Origin: an uncultured delta proteobacterium
Lineage (GTDB): Bacteria; Desulfobacterota; Desulfobaccia; Desulfobaccales; 0-14-0-80-60-11
Length of the DNA: 64,000 nucleotides
Reading direction: 5' to 3'
NCBI GenBank assembly: GCA_963796215.1
Contig: CAWCKU010000012.1
Coordinates: 35,049-99,048 of the forward strand
In this document: piece after piece, positions 10,908-21,200 of the stretch
How the letters are laid out: the number at the start of each line of letters is the position of its first letter
Numbering within the stretch: the first letter of the stretch is position 1
Translations under genes and position numbers: made by a program
Notes under the pieces: model-generated
The model's database searches: none
What the model was told of the DNA's origin: nothing
The model's input: only the letters and a program-made list of their open reading frames with translations

Positions 10908-11229
10908 GGCAAAACTCGTGGTGCCGCCTATAGACCCGAGAAAGACGCGGATTACCATCCGGATAGATACCAAAATCTTGAACTGGTTTCGGCGGCGCGT
11001 GCATGAGGCCGGGGGCGGCAATTATCAGACCATGATCAATGAGGCCCTGAAGAGCTACATCGAGAGCGTGAATGCGAAAACCATCCGCTATCCCGGCGGG
11101 CCGCACGTCGAGCTTGATGACCAATATCAAAGCGAATGTGAGGCTAAAGGGTTGAAGTTTCAAGGCCGGGGCTATGATTTCAGGGAACAGATCAGAGACC
11201 TGAGCTTCACCAGGAGAAAAGCGGCCTAG
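10882..11229 (+). CDS. brnA: BrnA family antitoxin (RHH) with a C-terminal extension
   Basis: MRKEYDFSKA...RITIRID..ILNWFR...YQTMINEAL; overlaps brnT. Confidence 0.9.
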   Translation: MRKEYDFSKAKLVVPPIDPRKTRITIRIDTKILNWFRRRVHEAGGGNYQTMINEALKSYIESVNAKTIRYPGGPHVELDDQYQSECEAKGLKFQGRGYDFREQIRDLSFTRRKAA

Positions 11230-11248
11230 CGGTTGGGAGGATAAGACC

Positions 11249-11524
11249 ATGGGAACCAAGACGGTTAAATACAACAGGCAAGGGATTGACCAACTTCCCG
11301 ATGACCAGCCGGTGCTTTATCGGATAAAGACAGACTCCGGGAAGCTGAATTATGTGGGCATTGCTCAGGGGGGCCGGGTGCGGGAGAGAATCTCTGGACA
11401 TCTGGATAAAATTCCTGGAGCGAAGGTGCAAATCGAGCAGTTCAACAGTATCAACGAGGCCCAGAAGAAAGAGGTTAACGTGATCAGGAGGGCACAGGCG
11501 AAATATAACAAGCAAGGGAAGTGA
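11249..11524 (+). CDS. Standalone minimal GIY-YIG-like nuclease
   Basis: VLYRI...LNYVGIA, R.RERISGH, EA..KE, terminal YN; RBS GGGAGG. Confidence 0.8.
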   Translation: MGTKTVKYNRQGIDQLPDDQPVLYRIKTDSGKLNYVGIAQGGRVRERISGHLDKIPGAKVQIEQFNSINEAQKKEVNVIRRAQAKYNKQGK

Positions 11525-11565
11525 TATGCTTGACTAAACTTAATAAGTAATGTTAGGTTGGCTAA

Positions 11566-12543
11566 ATGGCATTATCGAGTACAACATCAGTAAAGATTGA
11601 TAGAGATCGCTTAGGGGCGCCGGGCACCGATGCCTGTCTTCACTTCGTTGAGATTCGGAGCGATGATACCAGGCCTGACGAGCAGCGACTTGCTGATAGA
11701 ACTCAGCGAACTTTCCATATTCGTGCTGTCCTATCCAAAGCGCCTTCCCAGCTTGAAGGCATTCGTGGTGGAATTACATTAGGAGAGGGCGGCTGCTTCA
11801 TCACAGCCCCACAAGATGTTAAAATCGAAGATCCCAGAGGAACCTATCTGATTTCCAGAAATGAACGCGGGGAATTTGCCCTGGTTGCTCGAACTGTAAT
11901 GGCGACTTGGTATGAAGAAGCCTTTGATTTTTTTCTGATAGGTTTAACTCCGTCCCTTGATTATCTCTCCTTCCTCAGCAATACTCCCATCGTGGTGGAT
12001 ATCATGGAGGCGAGAGATGAAGCTAACCACATCACAACTGTGACTTACAGTACTCCATACGCGACTAAAGTCTTGTCGGAGGGATTAATGGGGCTTTCTT
12101 CTCCCCTCTTCCCTGTATATGGTCTTTATCGGGAAGCGCTTAGCGCTCATAGCAACTTCTATCGGTTCCTATGCTTCTTTAAGATAATGGAGGGCATTAT
12201 CAAAAGCATCCGCCCCCAGTTGTTCCGGCTCGCCCAGCAACAAGGAATCTCCATCACAAAGCAGAAAGATTTGGTCCCCGAGGACCCAGAACTACAAAAA
12301 TTTCAGCCCAAATACATCGGACGACTGATTCATGAGCTTTACAATGGCGAGTTTCAGAGCGAGTATCGCCACTGCGTGGCTCATTTTGCCCTCAATGATG
12401 GGGGTGTGACGAATCCGAGTTCCCAGCGGGAAAGAAGCAGGTTTGCGAACATCGTATATCTGGCAGAAGTATGTGCAAGGGAGTTGATCCGAAATCAAGA
12501 GGGCTATTTTGCCCAGTTTTTTCGCGCGGGAGGCACAATTTAG
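11566..12543 (+). CDS. MauJ/ApeA-like protein with C-terminal HEPN-type domain
   Basis: LYREAL...FYRFLCFFKIME helix followed by Rx4H motif YRHCVAH; less GC-rich than flanks. Confidence 0.7.
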   Translation: MALSSTTSVKIDRDRLGAPGTDACLHFVEIRSDDTRPDEQRLADRTQRTFHIRAVLSKAPSQLEGIRGGITLGEGGCFITAPQDVKIEDPRGTYLISRNERGEFALVARTVMATWYEEAFDFFLIGLTPSLDYLSFLSNTPIVVDIMEARDEANHITTVTYSTPYATKVLSEGLMGLSSPLFPVYGLYREALSAHSNFYRFLCFFKIMEGIIKSIRPQLFRLAQQQGISITKQKDLVPEDPELQKFQPKYIGRLIHELYNGEFQSEYRHCVAHFALNDGGVTNPSSQRERSRFANIVYLAEVCARELIRNQEGYFAQFFRAGGTI

Positions 12544-12676
12544 ATGTCGTGCGGGCACGGAGGCCCGCCCCAGCGAGGGAAGGGCGGACACATGGGTCCG
12601 CCCCTACTGATATATTACTTGTTTGACGGCAACTTGGTATCATTGGTTGAACCGCAACCAAAAACCGACAACGGCA

Positions 12677-12963
12677 TCAGCGAGGGGGCGGGTCGCTGCG
12701 CTGTCGTTCCTGAATCTGGCGCTTGAGGGAATTGTTATAGACCGCGGCGCCCAGGAGGCAGCCCACCGCCAGGCCCACCGCGGCGGCCGTGAAGGTGGGC
12801 GACATGAGCAGGGCGACGCACATGCCGGCGACGGCGTAGGCCAGGGGGATGTAAAACTGGGCCGGGCTCCACTGGCAGGCCGGGATCAGGACCAGGATGA
12901 GGCAGACCGCCACCAGCCTGCAGCCCCGACTCGAGTCCCGCGTCCCCGCCGACCAATAAGCAT
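12677..12963 (-). CDS. Small hydrophobic membrane protein, 5' end possibly frameshifted
   Basis: Hydrophobic ORF 12677-12913 with GC3-rich codons; upstream ATG at 12963 is in another frame. Confidence 0.45.
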
Positions 12964-13133
12964 AGGTTATCTCTTAAGAGTAGTCAGTAGTCAGTGTCGT
13001 CGGTAAAAACCGGCAAAGACTAAAGCTAGTCAGGTGTAGGGTCCGCCCGGTGCACCAGATATTGGTGGCAACGGCTTTCAGCCGGTGCACCCAGGCCGGA
13101 GGCCTGTGCCACTAAAAACTCAAAACTCAAAAA

Positions 13134-14012
13134 CTACAGCCGCTGCCAGAGCATCAGGTTAAAACCCAGGCCCATCCCCAGGTGCAGGGCCAGGCTGAGG
13201 CGGCAGAGCAGCCTGAGCCGGGTCTCCTCCCGGTAGGCCCGCCGCTTGATGAGCTCCTGGTTGACCACCGCCAGGACCAATAAGGGCCAGATGGCATTCC
13301 TCCAGGGCAGGGGCGAGGGCGGAAATATCAGGATAGCCACCAGCCCGAGGATAACCAGGACGTTAGCCACAGTGTAAATCAAGGCCGCGGGCACCGGACC
13401 CAGCCGGGCTGCCAGGCTGTGCCGCGCCGGCGCCTCCTCCCTAAGGTCCGGGAACCCGTAAAGCAGAAAGAGATTAAACCCGGCCCAGGTGAGAGGCAGG
13501 CCGTAGAGCAGCTCTTCCGCCACCCAGTAGCCGGACTGTAAATAAAACCCGGTGACCACCGGCAGCACCCCGAAGCACAAAGCTCCCAGCGCCTCCCCCA
13601 GGCCCCGGCGGCGCCAGGCCAGCGGCGGGGCGAAGTAAAAATAACCGCCCAGGACCCCCAGGGCCCCCAGGGGAATGGTCAGGTCGCCGGTGTGATAGAG
13701 GAACTGCAAGATCGCCCCCATCAAGGCCGCCACCCCTAATAAGGCATACGCCGGGCGTTCCGGCCCCTTGACCGCGCGCAGCCGCCAGGCGGGGCAACGT
13801 CCGGCCCCGGGGGCAAAGTTCTCCCGGGCGGCGAAAGCGGCCAGGACCAGGCTCACCACCGCCAGGGTGCCGGCCAGCATCACTCCAGGGCGCAAAGGAT
13901 ATCCGGAAACCTGCGCCAGAAGCGTGCCGGCCCAGAAGGGCAGGCACCCGGCCAGCAGAAAGGGCAGGGTCCCAAGAAAATGTCCGGAAACGGGGGCAGT
14001 TCTGGCAGCCAT
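13134..14012 (-). CDS. UbiA/MenA-like prenyltransferase family membrane protein (divergent)
   Basis: Multi-TM; GYFYFAPPL...RGLGE and FPDL.E....R.SLA.RLG resemble MenA motifs; first Asp-rich motif degenerate. Confidence 0.65.
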   Translation of the reverse strand: MAARTAPVSGHFLGTLPFLLAGCLPFWAGTLLAQVSGYPLRPGVMLAGTLAVVSLVLAAFAARENFAPGAGRCPAWRLRAVKGPERPAYALLGVAALMGAILQFLYHTGDLTIPLGALGVLGGYFYFAPPLAWRRRGLGEALGALCFGVLPVVTGFYLQSGYWVAEELLYGLPLTWAGFNLFLLYGFPDLREEAPARHSLAARLGPVPAALIYTVANVLVILGLVAILIFPPSPLPWRNAIWPLLVLAVVNQELIKRRAYREETRLRLLCRLSLALHLGMGLGFNLMLWQRL

Positions 14013-14157
14013 GATTATCTTTAGGGATGAACCTGACTTATTTATGTCATAACTTCTAGAAAGGTCAAGGGGGATTCCGGGAGCGCCTTGAACGGCCGCG
14101 GAATCGCTGAGGGCGCGGTCCGAGGAAATTTGGCCCAGCGGCCCACCGGGGGCAAAA

Positions 14158-14586
14158 ATGCGTGACATGACCCTTGTTTTTAAGCCGCAAAATGAATATT
14201 TTCTCAACATATCGCCAGAATCCTTCACCAATATCGGCAAACATGCCAAAGCCACCCAGGTATCGGTCAGCATCAAAAAAATGGGCCAGCAAGTTTCGTT
14301 TTTGATTAAAGATAATGGCCAAGGGTTTAACCCGGCAGGAATCCTTGGACAAGAGAATCGCACCAAAGGGACTGGGCTATTCACTATGATGGAGCGTGCC
14401 AGGTTGGGCGGTGGTCAACTCGATATTAACAGCCGGGTAGGGGGGCACCGAAATAGCCCTGATGATCCCGGCAAGGGTAGAAAGGGAAGCAGAGAACGGC
14501 CAATTATCAAATCGTCCTGGCGGATGATCACCCCTGATGGCGCGAGGGAAAGAAAGCGCAGCCTTGAAGGCTTTCCCGGCGTTTAA
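14158..14586 (+). pseudogene. Remnant of a NarX/DegS-type histidine kinase HATPase domain
   Basis: ESFTNIGKHAKA..V.V...IKDNGQGF...GTGL..M.ERA.L.GG.L.I.S; no H-box or sensor, degenerate ends. Confidence 0.6.
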
Positions 14587-14676
14587 GTCTGAGCGGGCCC
14601 TCCGGGCCCCACTTTTACCCCTGGGGGTTGACTTTGCCAGGAGACTCAGAGATAATCATGCCCGTAACCAGCCTTG

Positions 14677-14752
14677 GGGCCGTTAGCTCAATTGGTAGAG
14701 CAAGTGACTCTTAATCACTAGGTTTGGGGTTCGAGCCCCCGACGGCCCACCA
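14677..14752 (+). tRNA. tRNA-Lys(CTT)
   Basis: Acceptor GGGCCGT/ACGGCCC, anticodon arm AGTGA-CT[CTT]AA-TCACT, GGTTCGA T loop, CCA end. Confidence 0.97.
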
Positions 14753-14767
14753 GATAGAAAAAAATTA

Positions 14768-14800
14768 AAGGGGTTAGCCGATAATGGCTAACCCCTTTTT
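14768..14800 (+). terminator. Terminator after tRNA-Lys
   Basis: AAGGGGTTAGCC-GATAAT-GGCTAACCCCTT plus T tract. Confidence 0.8.
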
Positions 14801-16028
14801 CTTTAAACACCAGGGATAACCCAGGGATAACCAGCGTGCGGAAATCTTTTGAGTGCCCGGAAAATCTTCTGTCCGCTATCCTGAAGATGTGGAATTCAGA
14901 AAGGACTCATCACTTCCACGTGAGCATCAGAATTTCTTGGCAGCTTTCGCCATAGGGAATATGCCCTGAAGTCCATTGTCCATGCCGAGAAGGTGGGAAA
15001 TCTTGGTGATTCGTAAAGGCTGATCTGCTGACCTGGCTGGGGAGGGATCAGGAAGCAAGATAGGAACTTTAGGATCGAGTCGAAGGAACTAAAGGCTGCT
15101 ACCCATCGGCTACCTGCCCCACCACAACCTGAGCCTACCCTGTGGGGAGTGATCACGGCCTGGCTAAAGGCCAGGTTGAAGCGGTTAGAGCCCCGTCCTG
15201 GGGTGATCGCCCTACCTCTGCCCCCTTTCCCTTGCCCCCTGTCGGTCGGCCCCGGAGCGCAGCCAGGACGCCGCCAGGGCCGACTTGAGCAAGGACCTCA
15301 GGCCAGGAGGGAAACGCTCGTTAGCAACCGCCTCGTGGCCTCCAGGTCCTCCCCCTTCCAACTTCCTCTGCTTGCCCGGCCCCTGCCAGCCGGCCCCGAC
15401 CCCCGGCGTCCACCATGCAGCAACCGCTTGCCGCGGCCCCACCCTGGCGCCGGCCCCTGCCCTGAGGTTTTTCGGCCCCGGAACACAAACCCGGAGACTG
15501 GGACTCCTCCCCCCTGGGTCATATGAACAGGGCGGACATTTTTATCAAAATTCGGTCCCGGAAAAATCGAAGTACCCCCCGGTGATGGGACCCAGGCCCA
15601 AAAATTTTATAAGCAAAATGTGGCCGGGTGGCGGGGCCTTCAGGGGGCGATTTAAGCATTTCACAGGCGCCCCTGACCCTTTCCCTTGGATGTCCCCTTT
15701 GCGGGCCGTGGTGGGGCTGTGAGTGGCCCTCAGACCGTAGATTTATCTTTCCGGGGGGAGGTCTGGGGGGCATTTCGGGTGCCGGTGCTCCCGGCGGGCA
15801 AGGTCGGCCAGGAGAAGGGCGACGGCACCCGTGCCGATTTCTTAATGCCTGCTGCTTCCGGCGTCAGCACCGCCCGGTCCCGCACCTCTGGCCTTGGTCT
15901 GAGTCGGAAACCGGAACACCTCGGGACAGCCCTCCCCCCAGTCAATGTGATCTCCAATCCCCTTTGCAAGGGTTCCGATATACGAACGATATGGAAAAAT
16001 TAGCGGAAGGGCGTATAGTGGCAAGATA

Positions 16029-17891
16029 GTGCGCCACGAGCGCGCTTGGTGTTATAGGGAAGCGTGCGCAACTGCGCGAGAGATGGGGGTGGGCCCCCCG
16101 GAGCCGGCTTGCAGGAGCAGGCTCCAAACCACCTTAAGCTGCGCTGGTTAAGAGCCAGGGTGGTGAGCGTTAAGGACAAGTCATGGCTAAAGACCGTGGC
16201 AGGTGAGGTTCAGGGAGACGAGCAGCCGCGAACCACTGATGAGGTGTCGAAACACTAAAGATGACGTCAAAACTGGAGGCTAGCTTGACTCCAGGACAAA
16301 CCCAGGGGGAACCTGCTTACTGCCTGGGTGGCGTCCGGCATAAAGGTGGCGTGAACCTGAACCAGGCTCTCGTGCGGAACGTGGGAACCTGTCGTCCCGA
16401 TGTGAAGGGAGAAACTCAAGTGGAGGACCCATGAGAGTGAGAGTACCGAGGCGGGGCACAGGGGCGGAACAACCCGTAGTAGCGAGGAAGTCCCGTAATG
16501 GGGATGGAGCGAAGGGGTTGTATCGATCGGCTTTATTGGATGGTCAACCAGGAATGGGAGGAGCCATTGAATAAGGCAAGGCCGTTTGGTATTTCCAAGC
16601 GAGTGGTGTGGGAGGCCTTTAAGCGGGTCAAGGCAAACCAGGGTGCTGCTGGTGTGGATGGAGAATCGATTGCAGAGTTCGAGAGGGACTTGACCAATAA
16701 CCTCTACAAACTTTGGAATCGGATGTCATCCGGGAGTTATTTTCCGCCTCCGGTGAGGACGGTAGAGATACCGAAGAGCGATGGCGGGAAACGGGCGTTG
16801 GGGATCCCCACGGTAACCGACCGTGTGGCCCAGATGGTGGTCAAGATGTACCTGGAACCCCTGGTGGAGCCTCACTTTCATCAGGATTCCTACGGGTACC
16901 GGCCTGGCAGGTCGGCGATTCAGGCAGTGGGTGTGGCCCGGCAGAGATGCTGGCGCATTGACTGGGTGCTGGATCTCGACATCAAGGGCTTCTTTGACAA
17001 CCTGGATCACGCTCTCTTGATGCGGGCGGTGCGTAAACACACCGACTGCCGGTGGATCATTCTCTATATTGCGAGGTGGCTAACAGCCCCGGCGCAATTA
17101 CCGGATGGTACGCTGGTGGTTCGGGAGCAGGGCACTCCTCAAGGTGGGGTTATCAGCCCTCTGCTGGCCAACCTGTTCTTGCATTACGCCTTCGATGTCT
17201 GGATGCAGCGGCACTATCCGAGCATTCCCTTCGAGCGTTATGCCGATGATATCATCGTGCACTGCAAGAGCGAGCGGCAGGCCATCTGGCTTAAAACCGC
17301 CGTGGTCAGGCGGTTGGCTCAGTGCAAGCTGGAACTCCATCCTGAGAAGACCAAGATTGTTTACTGCAAGGATGTGGATCGGACAGGCGACTATCCAAAG
17401 GAAAGCTTCGATTTCCTGGGGTTCGAGTTTCGGCCCCGGGGAGCCAAGAGCCGTTTGGGTAGGTACTTTGTCAGCTTCCTCCCGGCAGTAAGCAAGAAGG
17501 CGGCCAAATCAATCCGGAGCGTCATCCGGGGCTGGCGCCTGCACCGGCTCAGCGACAAGGGTCTCCTGGACCTATCCCGCATGTTTAATCCCATCATCCG
17601 TGGTTGGATTAACTATTATGGCAGCTTCTATAGGTCTGCCCTTTATCCCTTATTCGACCAACTTAATCGCTCGCTGAAAAGATGGGCAATGCGGAAATAC
17701 AAGAGGTTGCGGGGTCGCCAGAGGCGGGCAGCTTATTGGCTCAGGCGCATCAGAAGCCAACAGCCTTCGCTGTTTTCTCACTGGCAACTGGCCTCGCACC
17801 TTGTGGCCGGTCGATAGGAGCCGGATGAACCGAGAGGTTCACGTCCGGAACTGTGAGGGCGTGGGGGTGAAACTCCCCCGCGCTACTCGAC
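16029..17891 (+). mobile_element. Group II intron, bacterial class D-like (RmInt1-like), apparently full length
   Basis: 5' GTGCG at 16029; domain V GAGCCGGATGAACCGAGAGGTTCACGTCCGG; domain VI ending ACTCGAC at 17891; EBS1 TAGCTTG (16281) pairs 6/7 with exon CAAGATA; EBS2 CACTA (16253) pairs with exon TAGTG. Confidence 0.93.
16567..17817 (+). CDS. ltrA: Group II intron reverse transcriptase/maturase without endonuclease domain
   Basis: RT0 KANQGAAGVDG, GTPQGGVISPLLAN, YADD, domain X RGWINYY; TTG start after GGGAGGAG. Confidence 0.95.
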   Translation: MNKARPFGISKRVVWEAFKRVKANQGAAGVDGESIAEFERDLTNNLYKLWNRMSSGSYFPPPVRTVEIPKSDGGKRALGIPTVTDRVAQMVVKMYLEPLVEPHFHQDSYGYRPGRSAIQAVGVARQRCWRIDWVLDLDIKGFFDNLDHALLMRAVRKHTDCRWIILYIARWLTAPAQLPDGTLVVREQGTPQGGVISPLLANLFLHYAFDVWMQRHYPSIPFERYADDIIVHCKSERQAIWLKTAVVRRLAQCKLELHPEKTKIVYCKDVDRTGDYPKESFDFLGFEFRPRGAKSRLGRYFVSFLPAVSKKAAKSIRSVIRGWRLHRLSDKGLLDLSRMFNPIIRGWINYYGSFYRSALYPLFDQLNRSLKRWAMRKYKRLRGRQRRAAYWLRRIRSQQPSLFSHWQLASHLVAGR

Positions 17892-18231
17892 TCTGGCGAT
17901 CCACCTGAGCGGGGACCACGAAAAGGAGACTGGCTTGGATTCTAACCGGATACCGCGGCACCTTTGGAACTTGACTTTGCATATAGGAGATATCGGTAAT
18001 TTCGGATGGCTAATCAAGCTGATCTGAATGGGCGCCAGAGTTTTTCCCAGGCCAGGCCTGAGAATCTTGCCGGAAGTCGCCAAAAATCAATGACGGCTTG
18101 GTGGCTGAATCCTGATAATTTCGGGATTAAATTGATTTCAATAAAATTTGTGAATATGTTATCTGTATATCTTTTGGAACATAATATTATATCCCAGTAT
18201 AAAATAACGCAGCACCATTTTGAGGTTTAAA

Positions 18232-21200
18232 ATGGCAGACGAAAAATCTCCTGACATTACTCAGAAGGAATTGCCCGGGAGCAATCACTTAAATCAGATC
18301 ATCCTGGACAGCCTGCCTTGCGTCGCCCTCCTGCTGCGACCTTCCACCCGAGAGATCGTCGCTTCTAACCAAGCCGCCAGAAAAGTCGGGGCTATCCCGG
18401 GAACGAAAATGCTTTGCTACCTGGGGACAGCGGGAAAATCCCTGCCCCTGGTGTCTGGCTCCGTCTCTTTGGGAAACCGGCCAGCCACAACATCTGGAAG
18501 TAGAGGCATCCGGCATCATCTGGGACGCGCATTGGATACCAGTAGGACCAGACCTGTATCATGCATTATGCCTTCGATATCACTGAGCGCAAGCAGATGG
18601 AGAATGCCCTGGCGGAAGAAGCGATCCGCCGACGCGTGCTGTTCGAGCAATCTAAGGACGGGATCGTGGTCCTTGATCAAAACGGTAAGGTCTACGAGGC
18701 CAACCAACAGTTTGCCGCTATGCTCGGCTATTCTCTCGAGGAAGTCCAGCAGCTCCACGTCTGGGATTGGGATGCGCAATGGACCCGCGAGCAACTGCTG
18801 GAAATGTTCCCGCGCGTCGGGGCGGACGGCGAAAGATTCGAGACAGTCCACCGGCGTAAGGATGGTACGGTTTATGACGTTGAAATAACTGCCAATTGGG
18901 TCATGTTGGCCGGGCAGCAACTGGGGTTTTGCGTGTGCCGGGATATTTCACCAACGCAAGGCCGCCGAGAGGGCTCTGCAGCGAGAGCGAGGAGCGCTTC
19001 CGGGTTTTGGTGGAGGAGGCCTCGGACGCCTTCTTTGTGCATGACTTTAATGGCAGGTTCTACGATGTCAACCGGCGGGCTTGTGAGAGCCTCGGTTATA
19101 CGCGGGAAGAACTTCTGCACATGGGTGTGCTCGATTTGGAGCAAGATTTCGACCTGGCGAAGCGCCCAGAAAGCCTGGGACCAAATCCAGCCCGGCCAGG
19201 CCTTAACTTTGTACGGCCACCACAAGCGTAAGGATGGGACCTCTTTCCCCGTGGAAGTCCATTTGAGCGTTTTCAGCACCAAGGCCAGCGGCTTTTTCTG
19301 GGGCTGGTGCGAGACATCACCGAGCAGCAGCAGGCCCGAGCCGCCCTGGAGGAATCCCTGTCCCTCTACAAGGCCACCCTGGAGTCCACCGCCGACGGTC
19401 TCCTGGTGGCCGATCTCCATGGACGGATGGTGAGCTGGAACCGGAAGTTCATGGAAATGTGGCGTATGCCCGAGGACCTCTGCAATTCCCGGAATGAAGA
19501 AAAAGGCCTGGCATATATTTTGGACCAACTGCAGGACCCGGAAGGCTTCTTAACGAAAGTGAAAGAACTCTATGCCCATCCGGAAACCGAGGACTTCGAC
19601 ACCATCCATTTTAAAGATGGCCGGGTGTTTGAACGCTATTCCATTCCCCAATATCTCGAAAACCGGATCGTGGGCCGGGTCTGGAGTTTCCGGGACGTCA
19701 CCACCCGGGTCCGGGCGGAGGAGGCCTTACGCCAATCCGAGGAAAATTTTCGTCTAATCAACGAGAATATTCAGGATGTCTTTTGGATGAGTACCGCCTC
19801 CCTTGATAAGATCATCTATGTTAGCCCAGCCTACGAAAAGTTGTGGGGCCGGACCAGGGAAAGCCTCTACGCTTCTCCCCAATCCTTCTTAGACGGGATT
19901 CATCCGGAGGATCGTGAGAGAGCCATCGATGTGGTATCAGGTGGACATGCCCAGGGAATCCCCTGGAATGTCGAATATCGCGTGATTCGGCCTGATGGCT
20001 CCATACGATGGATTCAAGACCGCGGCTTTCCCATCAAAGATGGCCAGGGGAATCTTCGCCTATTAACGGGAGTGGCGACGGATATCACCGAGCGCAAGCT
20101 GGCAGAAGAAGGCCTTCGGGAGAGTGAGGAGAGGCTGGTCAAAGCGGAACAAGTTGCCCGGTTGGGCCATTGGGATTTGGACTTAAAAAATCAGAAATTA
20201 GCCTGGTCTAAAGAAGTTTACCTGCTGTTTAGCAAAGACCCCGATACCTTCGTACCGACCTTCGAGACTTTTTTGGACACAATCCATCCGGAGGACCGTG
20301 AGCGATTTCTGTGCATCAGGGACGAGGCAGTAGCGGAAGGCAGAAATTTCACGGTTGACTATCGCATCATCCTGCCCGATGGTTCTTCTCATTTCATGCA
20401 GGAAATAGTGGAGGTTACCAGAAATGGCGTAGGAAATCCTACCAGAATTTTCGGAACCATCCAAGATATCACCGAACTCAAGCAGGCCGAGGAGGAGGTA
20501 GCGTGGCTCGCCTCCTTCCCGCAATTAAACCCGGACCCCGTCCTGGAAGTGAAACCTTCTTCCGGCCGCATCACTTATTGCAACCCTGCGACCATCCAGG
20601 CTTTGGAAAAATTGGAGGTTTCGGAGGGACCACAGGCCTTTTTGCCCCCGGACATGGACCAAATCCTGAAAACCCCCGGGGAAGAAAATATTAGCCGGTT
20701 CTACCGGGAAGTGCAGATAAAGGATACGGTGTTTGGAGAAAACATCGAATTTGTGCCGCAATATAAGGTAATCCGCATTCGCGCCTTCGACATCACCGAG
20801 CACAAACGGGCGAAGGACGCCCTGCGGCAGGAGCGGGATTTTATCGCCGCCCTCCTGCAAACGCTAGGAGCCCTGGTAATAGTAATGGATTGTGCGGGTA
20901 GAGTCGTCCGCTTCAACCGAGCTTGTGAGCAGGCCACCGGCTATACCTTTCAGGAGGTAAAGGGAAAACATATTTTTTGATCTGCTCCTGTTGCCAGAGG
21001 AAGCCGAGGAGACTAAGGAGGTTTTTCAGAAACTGACGTTCGGGGAATTTCCTTCTGTGAACAAGAACCATTGGGTGACGCGGGATGGTGACCGACGACT
21101 GTTCTCCTGGTCTAACACCGTCCTCAAAGATGACCAGGGGCAGGTGCTCTACGTTATCGGGACGGGCATCGACATTACTGAGCGCTGGCAGGCTGAAAAG

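Noticed and set aside
16498-17817. RT as retron, DGR or CRISPR-associated RT
   Set aside because: It has RT0 and domain X and lies inside a full group II ribozyme; no TR/VR pair, msr-msd or cas genes seen
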